Source of the DNA: Thermodesulfobacteriota bacterium | GTDB lineage: Bacteria; Desulfobacterota; Desulfarculia; JACQYL01 | Assembly: GCA_963675595.2 (NCBI GenBank) | Contig: CAXXLZ010000002.1 | Coordinates: 1,600,001 to 1,664,000 of the forward strand | Length of the DNA: 64,000 nt | Direction of reading: 5' to 3' | In this document: positions 49,938 to 58,204 of the stretch, one piece after another | Position numbering within the stretch: position 1 is the first letter of the stretch | Layout of the letters: the number at the start of each line of letters is the position of its first letter | The notes under the pieces: generated by a model | Told to the model about the DNA's origin: nothing | Seen by the model: only the letters and a program-made list of their open reading frames with translations | Databases searched by the model: none | Translations under genes and position numbers: made by a program

Positions 49938-51797
49938 TTATTGCCTTGGCCGGGTTGTACATCGTCCGTCTCGGTCCCTCTTCGTCAGCAGCTTTTCAGC
50001 AAGAATTAGGGCGTCCACCGGCCAGAAACATTCCGGGCGGGGCTGATGCACGTCGGGAAGCCCCTCAATCGGACGGCATGCGAGGATCCGGTCTGTCCAT
50101 CTGGCAGGAACCGCTTCCCGGCCGTACACCGCACCGAGAAGAGCGCCGCATATGGCTGCGTTGGTATCCGTGTCCCCTCCTCGCATCACTGTGTCTACAA
50201 CGCCTTCCTCAAAGTTCGGAGCATGGAGGAGCTGCCAAAGGGCGTTCCAGAAAGCTATTAATACCCATCCTTGTTTGTGCACATAGCCTGGAGGCGGATC
50301 CGATGCCGCTCTTGTGATGGCGTCCATGAGCGAGTCGTCCACATCCGTATCCCTGGCTCGGTCGAGCACAAAGTTATAGACCTCTTTGGGTTTGGAGCCG
50401 GTACGGATTGTATGGGCAATGGCCACGGTGAATAAGCCATTGGCTTGCAGGCAAACCAGATGAGGATGGGTCAGTGCCGCATCCCGCCACGCCCACTCCC
50501 ACACCTGACTCAGATCAAAATTTGTCCCGAAAATACCCAACGGGCTCACGCGCATCAAGGCGCCATTGGCCTGACTATCCGGATTTGGTAGGCCGCGAAG
50601 ACCTCCGGCAACGGTCATGCCGCAGTCGAAAGGCCCCGAGTGAAGCCAGAACACATAGGCTTTACGGGCTTCCTCGGCATCGTATGTAACCTGTGTAATG
50701 AGGGTCCGAGCCAGCAGCGGCGCCATCTCGGAATCGTCCGTGGGCTGTCCGGCAATGGTGTTAAAGGTTCCTCCGTCTGCCAATTCCCTTAGCCCTTTGG
50801 GATATCTAACCTTTATCCATTCAGGGCGTTTGAACTCCACCAGACTGCCCAGCGCGTCCCCTGCCAGTTGGCCCAACAGGCACCCTTGTGCCCGGGAAAG
50901 CAGGCCGGCATCCGGGGATTCGCCGCTCGATTTCGGCCAAGTAAGCGAATAGGGACTGCGCGTTTCAGGACGATTGAAAACCTCGCTCCAATCTTGTTTC
51001 TCCAGATGATCCACGAGGGCCTTGCAGCCTCCAAACACACGGAAGCTGAAACTGAAGCTCAAATCCGCCGAATATCGAACCGGCCGTCCCCTCTCATCGT
51101 ACAAATCCCCTCCTGCCCCCATCAGAATCGCGTGTCCGCCGGCCAAGTCCCAAAACTCCGGACTATTGAGCGACACCGCCGCGTCGCCTTCACCCGCCGC
51201 CACGAGCGCCAGACGGTAGGCAATACTTGGCATTGCCCTATAACGCATGGGATAAACCAGTCGCGCATTCGCCTCCGCATTGTGGTCCGCATGGTGCGAC
51301 AAGAGAACCGTGCAGTTCGAGCTCGGTTCATCCGGCCAGGTTCTTACCACCATCCGGCCGTTTCGCAAGACCGGCCCGCCTTTTGTCCAGGCAATAAGAT
51401 CGCCGTTATCATCTGGAAAATTGTACGCATACACCACGCCCAACACAGGCTTGCTCTTTTCCAACAGAGCTATGGAGACCGCGGCACCCCTAAAACCCGA
51501 CATAAAAGCGCTTGTGCCATCGTTGGGGTCCACCACCCAATATCGTTCCTCTCCACTGCTACATATCCGCGCACGCCCCAATTCTTCTCCGAAAAAACCG
51601 TCTTCCGGAAACGTCCTATCTATCCGCCTTAGGATGAGCTCTTCCGCGATTTGATCCAGTTCCGCATGATGACTCGTCCCACGTGGACCGCCTTGGCGAT
51701 TGAATTCATCACGGAGGACAGAACCTGCAGAAAGTGCGGCTTCAGTGGCAGTGGTGAGTTCGGGGTCGTAAGACGCGTGGGAAGTCATAGTGTTCAC
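49938..51797 (-). CDS. Inositol monophosphatase - ADP-ribosylglycohydrolase fusion
   Basis: N-terminal GEE, WVVDPNDGT, WDLAGG; C-terminal GDALG, TDDSE, NGALMR, TH, GGDTDT. Confidence 0.92.
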   Translation of the reverse strand: MNTMTSHASYDPELTTATEAALSAGSVLRDEFNRQGGPRGTSHHAELDQIAEELILRRIDRTFPEDGFFGEELGRARICSSGEERYWVVDPNDGTSAFMSGFRGAAVSIALLEKSKPVLGVVYAYNFPDDNGDLIAWTKGGPVLRNGRMVVRTWPDEPSSNCTVLLSHHADHNAEANARLVYPMRYRAMPSIAYRLALVAAGEGDAAVSLNSPEFWDLAGGHAILMGAGGDLYDERGRPVRYSADLSFSFSFRVFGGCKALVDHLEKQDWSEVFNRPETRSPYSLTWPKSSGESPDAGLLSRAQGCLLGQLAGDALGSLVEFKRPEWIKVRYPKGLRELADGGTFNTIAGQPTDDSEMAPLLARTLITQVTYDAEEARKAYVFWLHSGPFDCGMTVAGGLRGLPNPDSQANGALMRVSPLGIFGTNFDLSQVWEWAWRDAALTHPHLVCLQANGLFTVAIAHTIRTGSKPKEVYNFVLDRARDTDVDDSLMDAITRAASDPPPGYVHKQGWVLIAFWNALWQLLHAPNFEEGVVDTVMRGGDTDTNAAICGALLGAVYGREAVPARWTDRILACRPIEGLPDVHQPRPECFWPVDALILAEKLLTKRDRDGRCTTRPRQ

Positions 51798-52529
51798 TTT
51801 GACAGTGTGGAAATGCTACTCGATTCTAACCTATCACAGAGGTCCGACCTACTTGGAAGTAGCAAGATGGATGGTTGGCGACGAGACATGGTAGGCCCTC
51901 GGTCACATAATCTTCCCGGCCATCTGCCGGAGTCGGCCGTCCCGGTCCATCAGAAAGATTCCGTTCGACATACATTGCCCCAATGGAAAGTCAGTTCGTT
52001 TTCCATTCGCTTGGAAGTCATGTTATATGTTGCGCCCTTTCCGATCAGGCGGGCGGCGCCCCAGTAAGACTGTCAAGAATGACGCCATCGATCCAACCAA
52101 CTGAAAACAAGACAGTTTCTTTCACACTCTGTCTCGGATTGCTTAGAAAAAAGCTGGCAATTCGTATGCTACACCGCTTGCTGCATTGCTAAAAAACTGA
52201 GCATCCTTTTTCTGACTGTTCCAAAGATGCATATTAGAATGGGATGTTTTCTTCAAGTTCCGCAATCCTGATTATTTAGTTGAATTGCTGTATTCATCAA
52301 AATAATTTCCAGTTAACAGCCAAATTGTACAGATTATGGATCCATGTCAAGATTCTTGAGTTTTTTATTGTATTCTCGAAAGCAGACTTGGGGGGTCCAG
52401 TTTCGTATCACGCCTCCAACGGCTAAATCCGCAAGTCTCCTTCACAACCTGAAAAAAAGGGCACCAATGCCTCACTCTGGGATGAAAAAAGGTTTGTTCT
52501 CCTGGATAAGAATAGGAAAAAGAGATCGT

Positions 52530-52973
52530 TCAAGCCGTTAACTCTTCTACTTCTACCGAGTCATTTGTCGGGAGACGAGCCTCTGAGACTTCGTAGCGCT
52601 CACTTCCCTTGTACTTCGGACGCATGCGCCGGAATTCCGCTGTCACAGGGACAAGTCGTATCAGGACGGTCTTGTTCTTGAGCGGTGAATGTTTCTTTAG
52701 CTCAGAGAGAAGGCTCACCTGACTGATCGTCCAGGTCATTTCTTTTCCCTCGTATGAAACGTCAAACCAGAGATCGTGGGCGTTACTGTCGAAATTGTTC
52801 TCGGTCTCTTTCCGAGGACCGTCGCTCAAGAAAGTCACTTCGAAACCTTCACGTTTCATTTGTTCTGTCGGTTTGAAAAACGGTGGCAGATCGCCACTGT
52901 TTCCCATATTATCCCAGCTTGGGCAGCCGGTATGGTGTGTGCCTGATGTGGCATATTTTTGTCCATTTGCCAT
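52530..52973 (-). CDS. Hypothetical protein, possibly OB-fold/SSB-like with acidic tail
   Basis: SD GGAGGTG; beta-rich pattern; divergent from cdc6. The fold call is a guess. Confidence 0.55.
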   Translation of the reverse strand: MANGQKYATSGTHHTGCPSWDNMGNSGDLPPFFKPTEQMKREGFEVTFLSDGPRKETENNFDSNAHDLWFDVSYEGKEMTWTISQVSLLSELKKHSPLKNKTVLIRLVPVTAEFRRMRPKYKGSERYEVSEARLPTNDSVEVEELTA

Positions 52974-52989
52974 GGTTTGCACCTCCGAA

Positions 52990-53244
52990 TCGGGTTTTTT
53001 CGATTCAAAGATTGAGAATAGTAGCTTTTATTTATAATTCTTTCTATTATTGTTCAAATTTACCAAAAGGCCATAGAGTGTGGGAAGATTTCTTGTGGAA
53101 ATCAAAAAATATTTTCGCAGGCATGCTCTACTTACACTTTGTCGCTACTGCAAAGTGGTTTAGTTTATAAAGTTTTCTTGAAATATTAATCTTTTATATT
53201 ATATTATATAATTTCTATATAGAAATAAATAATAATAAGGAAAA
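52990..53244. other. AT-rich segment, left half of a putative origin
   Basis: Almost pure A/T at 53180-53244; ORB-like TTCCACAAGAAAT on the minus strand at 53088-53100. Confidence 0.55.
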
Positions 53245-54794
53245 CTAGAGTTTAGAGCCATGCGGGGCAGCCAAGTTTGTATAGAAGAGCATAGTTCTCC
53301 AAGACGGGTTGAATACCGTTGACGTAAGGCTTTGAGATGATTGACTGAACACGGATATCAGGCAGCGCGCCCCAAGTCTTCCGGAGAATCGGTGAATTCC
53401 GGTTGGAATTTTTTGGATTTCCGGTTCCACATGGCTCGCACGTTTAAGTTGCCGAAAAGACGACCGATGGCTGCGGCCATCCAGCCGGCGGTGGCGGGCC
53501 TGTTCTTTCTCCAAGGGATTGGAAACATCGTATAGGCCGCGTTGGGACCCAGGCAGAGCGCCAAGAGCCGTGGCAAGCCGTAGGCCAGGCACAAGATCAT
53601 GCTCCATCGAGCCAATGTCTGCCGTGTCTGCTGCCAAGCATTTTTCAGTCCGAACAGGTGCTTGATCTCGTTGAACATGGGCTCGGTCCACCATCGTCGT
53701 GCATAGCGTGTAATCACTTCCGCGCCGTCCATGTCGGGATCGGTACTGATCAGAAGATGCCAATCGGACCAAGAGGGGTTGTCGGACATAAACCGGCACC
53801 ACACGATCTTGCACAACCGGCCGTCCAGGAAGCGGACTTTGGCTTTGGTTTGGTAGAACTGGAAAACTCGTTCCGAGCCGTAGGCAAAGAGGGTTTTCTC
53901 CACCGGACGACAGAATCGTCCGATGTTTTCCAACGTGAGTTTTTCCCCATACTTTCTGGGTCTGCCCCGTTTCTTCCGAGGCGGATTGTCCGGAGGCAAA
54001 AACAGGGCGGTATCTTTGCGGACTTGGCCGATGACCGTCACACCATCGCGAATCAGGGGAACCACCAGGGAGCTTTTCATATACCAGGCATCGAGCAGCA
54101 GAATAATGAGAAAGCGATCCGGCAGCCAAGTCATGAGAACGGACATCAAGAGCCGCGCCGCGTCCAGTTTGGTGGTGTTCCCTTTTTTGCGGATGAGCCG
54201 AAACAAGAGGGGAAACGCGGCTACCCGGCCCTTGTGGCGGCAGATGACAGCCAGAGAAACCCGAAGCTGTCCCCACAGGAATTTGGGGCGGTTGGGCCGG
54301 TGCGCGTGATCGTAATGCCAACCGGCGCAGGGAGCTTTCTTGGACGATCTGGGCAAAGGGAAGTCGTCTATGGCGAACTCGATGGATCGGTTTGGAATCC
54401 GTTTCAGGATCAGGCGCATCCATTGCCGGGCTAGCGCAAGCCATTGGAATCGGCCCTTTTCGATGGCCTTGTAATAGGCGGTCCAGGACAACTGGGGCCG
54501 AACGGCCAGAAGCGCGGAAGAAATATGGCCGCCGCGGCAGACCATACATCCCATCAGGAGTTCCAGAAGAGTCGGAGCTATTCTGCACGGAACGGCCTGA
54601 AATAGAAAGGAAATCCACTGCGATAGGAGCATAAGTGCTTGAGCCGTCGAATCCATTGGTTGACCCCCAAGGAAAGGTTTCTTTCCTTAAAGGGCAGCCA
54701 AAGGCGGCCGCGCATCCGCGCGGCAATGTCAAGTACTTTGTTGTCTTTATTCGCATTTTTCCTATACCAAGGGTCGCCAGACTCTAAACTCTAG
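53245..54794 (-). mobile_element. IS4/IS701-like element, copy 2 (intact)
   Basis: IRs CTAGAGTTTAGAG; 9-bp target duplication TAAGGAAAA at 53236-53244 and 54795-54803. Confidence 0.93.
53358..54656 (-). CDS. IS4/IS701-like DDE transposase
   Basis: AIDD, LLDAWY, RGRPRKYG and YARRWWTEPMFNEIK (YREK) motifs. Confidence 0.92.
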   Translation of the reverse strand: MDSTAQALMLLSQWISFLFQAVPCRIAPTLLELLMGCMVCRGGHISSALLAVRPQLSWTAYYKAIEKGRFQWLALARQWMRLILKRIPNRSIEFAIDDFPLPRSSKKAPCAGWHYDHAHRPNRPKFLWGQLRVSLAVICRHKGRVAAFPLLFRLIRKKGNTTKLDAARLLMSVLMTWLPDRFLIILLLDAWYMKSSLVVPLIRDGVTVIGQVRKDTALFLPPDNPPRKKRGRPRKYGEKLTLENIGRFCRPVEKTLFAYGSERVFQFYQTKAKVRFLDGRLCKIVWCRFMSDNPSWSDWHLLISTDPDMDGAEVITRYARRWWTEPMFNEIKHLFGLKNAWQQTRQTLARWSMILCLAYGLPRLLALCLGPNAAYTMFPIPWRKNRPATAGWMAAAIGRLFGNLNVRAMWNRKSKKFQPEFTDSPEDLGRAA

Positions 54795-54832
54795 TAAGGA
54801 AAAGAAAACATCACCAAAAACTGAAACTGAAA

Positions 54833-54915
54833 GTTCCACCGGAAACTTTCCCTCTCTCAAAATCCGGTTCACTTTCAAGTGACAACAGGAATTTGCACCG
54901 AAAACTATTTATAGA
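54833..54915 (+). promoter_or_regulatory. ORB-like boxes and BRE-TATA-like motif upstream of cdc6
   Basis: GTTCCACCGGAAAC at 54833-54846; GTCACTTGAAA on the minus strand at about 54873-54883; CCGAAAAC-TATTTATAG at 54898-54914. Confidence 0.5.
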
Positions 54916-54934
54916 TGTCCTGTAGAAGAATCGC

Positions 54935-56209
54935 TTGAAAATGTCCGGTGGAGATCATTCAGAAGCTTCCCTGCAATTCATTCGCACATTGCATGACTCA
55001 CAGAAGAATCATCGCCTTATTTTGAACCCCAACTATTTGGACGACGAGAAGTTGCCTGAGGAAGAGCGGACTTCGGTTCTGAAGGAGATTTTTGATCGGA
55101 ATATCCGGGAAGAGCAGCTGAAACGCATCGTCTGTCATCTGACTCCGATCCTGGACGGCGATCATCCGAGTTCATTACTGGTCTTCGGTCCTACGGGTTC
55201 AGGGAAAACGGTTTCCCTCATTCACGTCCTTTCGACGTTTCAGGAATATTGCCGAACTCAGTCCGTCGGGTTCCAGTATAGATACGTGGACTTGACCTCC
55301 CCCAGGTCTTCTTTCGGAGCGTTGAACGAGCTTGCGAGAGCCCTCAATGAATCGATTCGCACCTACAGGAAAGGCATTCCCATCGATCAGATGCAGGAAC
55401 GGATCATCGAAGAGCTGAACCGATTCCAGGGGTTCTTGTGCCTCTTGATTGATGAGGCGGATAATATCAAGCCCAATGCGGATGAATTTATCACCTTCCT
55501 TGGAAAGACCCTTCCAAGAAAGATTCCCTGCCGGTTGGTTCTCATCATGGTCACGAACAAACTGAACTGGGACAAGATGCTGGACCCGCGGATTCTGAGT
55601 GTTCTCAAGAAGACGGACATGCTCTTTGAACCCTATAACGCCTTGGATTTGATCGAAATCCTGAATCTTCGAGTGGAAAAGGCTTTGGATAAGTCAAAGG
55701 TGGACGAGGCCGCTGTCCGAAAGATCGCGGCGTTGGCGTCGCGAGAAACCGGTGATGCGAGAAAGGCGGTTGAACTTCTCTCAAAGTCGGCCAAAGTCGC
55801 ACAGGAAACCGGCGGCAGGCTGTCCGAAGAAATCGTGGATCTGGCTGAGCACAGATTGGAAATGGACAAAACAGAGGAAATGGTTCGGGCTCTCGCTCCG
55901 CAGCAGAAACTTGCGCTTCTTTCCTGCTACGATCTTCTGGCCAAGACTTCGAAACGGGTCACTACGGGCGAGGCCTATGATCGATACGCCAATTTCTGCG
56001 AGTTGGAACGGGTCAGGCCGCTCACACAACGAAGGTTCTCGGACATTATCGGTTCCCTTGACCTCTACGGACTGATCAACGCCCGGCTGATATCACGCGG
56101 CAGGTATGGCCAGACAAGAGAAATCTCAAGGTCGCTTCCCAAGGAAACCCTCAGCCGGTTCTTATCAAGAGAAGGATTCGGTTCCGGGTCGTTCGGCGGT
56201 CTTCATTGA
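54935..56209 (+). CDS. cdc6: Orc1/Cdc6-family replication initiator (AAA+ with winged helix)
   Basis: REEQL, VFGPTGSGKT, LIDEAD, DPRILS, FEPYNA, GDARKA, TTGEAY and PLTQRR..LDLYGLI..SRGRYGQT motifs. Confidence 0.92.
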   Translation: MKMSGGDHSEASLQFIRTLHDSQKNHRLILNPNYLDDEKLPEEERTSVLKEIFDRNIREEQLKRIVCHLTPILDGDHPSSLLVFGPTGSGKTVSLIHVLSTFQEYCRTQSVGFQYRYVDLTSPRSSFGALNELARALNESIRTYRKGIPIDQMQERIIEELNRFQGFLCLLIDEADNIKPNADEFITFLGKTLPRKIPCRLVLIMVTNKLNWDKMLDPRILSVLKKTDMLFEPYNALDLIEILNLRVEKALDKSKVDEAAVRKIAALASRETGDARKAVELLSKSAKVAQETGGRLSEEIVDLAEHRLEMDKTEEMVRALAPQQKLALLSCYDLLAKTSKRVTTGEAYDRYANFCELERVRPLTQRRFSDIIGSLDLYGLINARLISRGRYGQTREISRSLPKETLSRFLSREGFGSGSFGGLH

Positions 56210-56224
56210 CGGACCGTTGGGCTG

Positions 56225-56371
56225 CTATCCGCCTATCTTCACCCGTGTTGTGAACTTCCGGTGGCACTTGGTGCACATCCGGAGTCTGACTTTTCCCTGG
56301 GCAAGGGGCCTGTATCCTTTCCAGTGGCTTTGGGTTGCGCCGCAGTACGGGCATTTGTAGGGTCTTGGCAT
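56225..56371 (-). CDS. CPxCG Zn-ribbon microprotein (48 aa)
   Basis: MPRPYKCPYCG..CTKCHRKFT; SD GAGGTGA. Confidence 0.7.
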   Translation of the reverse strand: MPRPYKCPYCGATQSHWKGYRPLAQGKVRLRMCTKCHRKFTTRVKIGG

Positions 56372-56405
56372 CGGTATCACCTCGGGACTTGGTAAGGCCC
56401 TGGTG

Positions 56406-56454
56406 TATATAAACTTTTCTTTCCTCTGCGGTCTTTGAGCGAAAGGTTTATATG
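56406..56454. promoter_or_regulatory. Back-to-back BRE-TATA-like motifs
   Basis: Minus strand AGAAAAG-TTTATATA (56420-56406); plus strand CGAAAGG-TTTATATG (56440-56454), first T 30 nt before ATG 56477. Confidence 0.55.
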
Positions 56455-56476
56455 AAGGCTTTGCTTCCCAACAAAG

Positions 56477-57292
56477 ATGGAATGCGGAATACCGGAACCG
56501 GCTCACTCTGGCCAACACTCAGCAATAGTCTTGGACTTGGAAGAGCCGGAGGCGGCCGTCGGCCGGATTATCTGGGAGTTTGTCTTCGGCGTTGCTCAAT
56601 ACAAGGCGTCGGCCCGAGACTACTACTATGACGTTATGCTGGCGGATCATCCGTGTCCTGTTTGCGGCGAAAATCTGCGGATGCTTGAACCCGGTTCGGC
56701 GGCCTGTGCAAGCGGTCATGAACTCGACCCCACAGTGGTGTTTCAAAAGAGCGGCTGCTGCGGAGCAAAGCTGGTCAGGCGGTGTCTTCATTATGCGTGC
56801 GCTTCTTGTGGGAAGACCGTGCCGTCCCGGTTCTTGTTCGATGAACGGGTCTTCGACAAGGTCTATTTCCGGCAACGGATGGCGGAGTCCAGGGCCAAGA
56901 CGATAAAACGAAAAGAAATGATAAGGCTCGCCCGTCGAGAAGAGCGGTCGCGCGGGTTGACGTTACTGGAGGAACCGCAGCTTGATCGTTTGCCTGGTTT
57001 TACTGAAGCGTTGGCAGGCTTCATCGGCTTTGATGTGGGAGTTTGGGACGAGGAGTTCTCCCTGACTGGGAATCTTCCTGGGCTGTCCCGGTACAGACGC
57101 CATATCCTGGATTCAGTGAACAGGTATCGACAAATCATGTTTTCCAGGATCGATCTCCTGATCGATGATGCCCGAAGAGATCGGGCGATGCGCTTTGTCG
57201 CTCTGATCTTTCTGCTTCAGGATGGGGAAGTGCGGGTCACACAATACAGTTCGGATATTGAAATCGAGCCGCCCTACAATGAAATTGACTGA
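56477..57292 (+). CDS. Multi-Zn-ribbon protein with ScpA/kleisin-like C-terminal motif
   Basis: CPVCG, CASGH, SGCCG and CASCG; C-terminal RFVALIFLLQDGEVRVTQ..DIEI. Confidence 0.65.
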   Translation: MECGIPEPAHSGQHSAIVLDLEEPEAAVGRIIWEFVFGVAQYKASARDYYYDVMLADHPCPVCGENLRMLEPGSAACASGHELDPTVVFQKSGCCGAKLVRRCLHYACASCGKTVPSRFLFDERVFDKVYFRQRMAESRAKTIKRKEMIRLARREERSRGLTLLEEPQLDRLPGFTEALAGFIGFDVGVWDEEFSLTGNLPGLSRYRRHILDSVNRYRQIMFSRIDLLIDDARRDRAMRFVALIFLLQDGEVRVTQYSSDIEIEPPYNEID

Positions 57293-57647
57293 AAAGGACA
57301 AGGAGTTCATTGAAAAACTGAAAATGCTGATCGACGATAGTGATCTCAAGATTGAGCTGACGGAAAACGGCCTGAAGCGGTTCGTGTTGCGCAGAAATTA
57401 CGGCGACAAAATCGAACGGATTTTTGGATTAACGCGCCAGGGAATCAGGTGGCGGTTCCAGCGGCTGCTGGGAGATATCTACGTTTCTGCGTACACCACG
57501 ATCTATTGGGTTGAGAGCCTGTTAGGGACAGAACTCAGAACGATGGCGCTCGAGATCGCAAAGCAAAGGGTCGAACTTCGAAAGAAAGCCCTGAAAAGGA
57601 CTGGATGCAATAAGTTGGCCTTCGTCCAGCGCCGGCACAAGAGGTGA
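57279..57647 (+). CDS. Hypothetical HTH-like protein
   Basis: IERIFGLTRQGIRWRFQRL; overlaps the upstream stop. Confidence 0.65.
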   Translation: MKLTEKDKEFIEKLKMLIDDSDLKIELTENGLKRFVLRRNYGDKIERIFGLTRQGIRWRFQRLLGDIYVSAYTTIYWVESLLGTELRTMALEIAKQRVELRKKALKRTGCNKLAFVQRRHKR

Positions 57648-57650
57648 TGC

Positions 57651-58067
57651 CTGATCGTCAGCACAAAAATCGAACTCAGTCATAACAAGATCGCGAGAAT
57701 CCGGGACCTGGATGAACTCGCTGCTATCCTATTCCCCGGCAACAAGAATCATCAGAGAGTTTTTCTCGCAATCTTCATCGAACTCAAGTACGCTGAGCAT
57801 GAATTTCTAGACACTCTTCAGCCGTTGTGCGACAAATACGGTTTTTCACCGAGAATCCTCGAAACCGTCCGAAGCAAGATGCGGCGTATGGGGCTCATCG
57901 ATCACGTTTCCCGATTCAACAAGCGGCACGGCTATCGGGAAGGATGGGTTTTTTCCAGCAGGTTTGGGAAGTCATTGGAACAGCTTGCCGGCATCGCGGC
58001 GTCGGCCAGAGAGCGTAAAGGCGTGATGCAGGAGAAGAAGGACCGGGGGTTGTTTCGCCTCATGTAA
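57651..58067 (+). CDS. Hypothetical wHTH-like protein (non-ATG start)
   Basis: Frame is open from CTG 57651 after GAGGTG; SPRILETVRSKMRRMGLI..GWVFS. Confidence 0.6.
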   Translation: MIVSTKIELSHNKIARIRDLDELAAILFPGNKNHQRVFLAIFIELKYAEHEFLDTLQPLCDKYGFSPRILETVRSKMRRMGLIDHVSRFNKRHGYREGWVFSSRFGKSLEQLAGIAASARERKGVMQEKKDRGLFRLM

Positions 58068-58204
58068 TTGATACTTTTGGGAAAAACTTCCGCATAGGGG
58101 GTCTTATCAGATGTCTTATGAGGCATGAGCCGCTGAATGGATTTCATAGGTTGGAGTATCCTGCCTTCGAATAGACCATTACCCTCTAATTCCAGAAAAG
58201 CGAT

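Noticed and set aside
53245-54756. 503-aa ORF, and the 465-aa ORF at 22090
   Set aside because: Alternative frames of the IS transposase; the real protein starts MDSTAQ.
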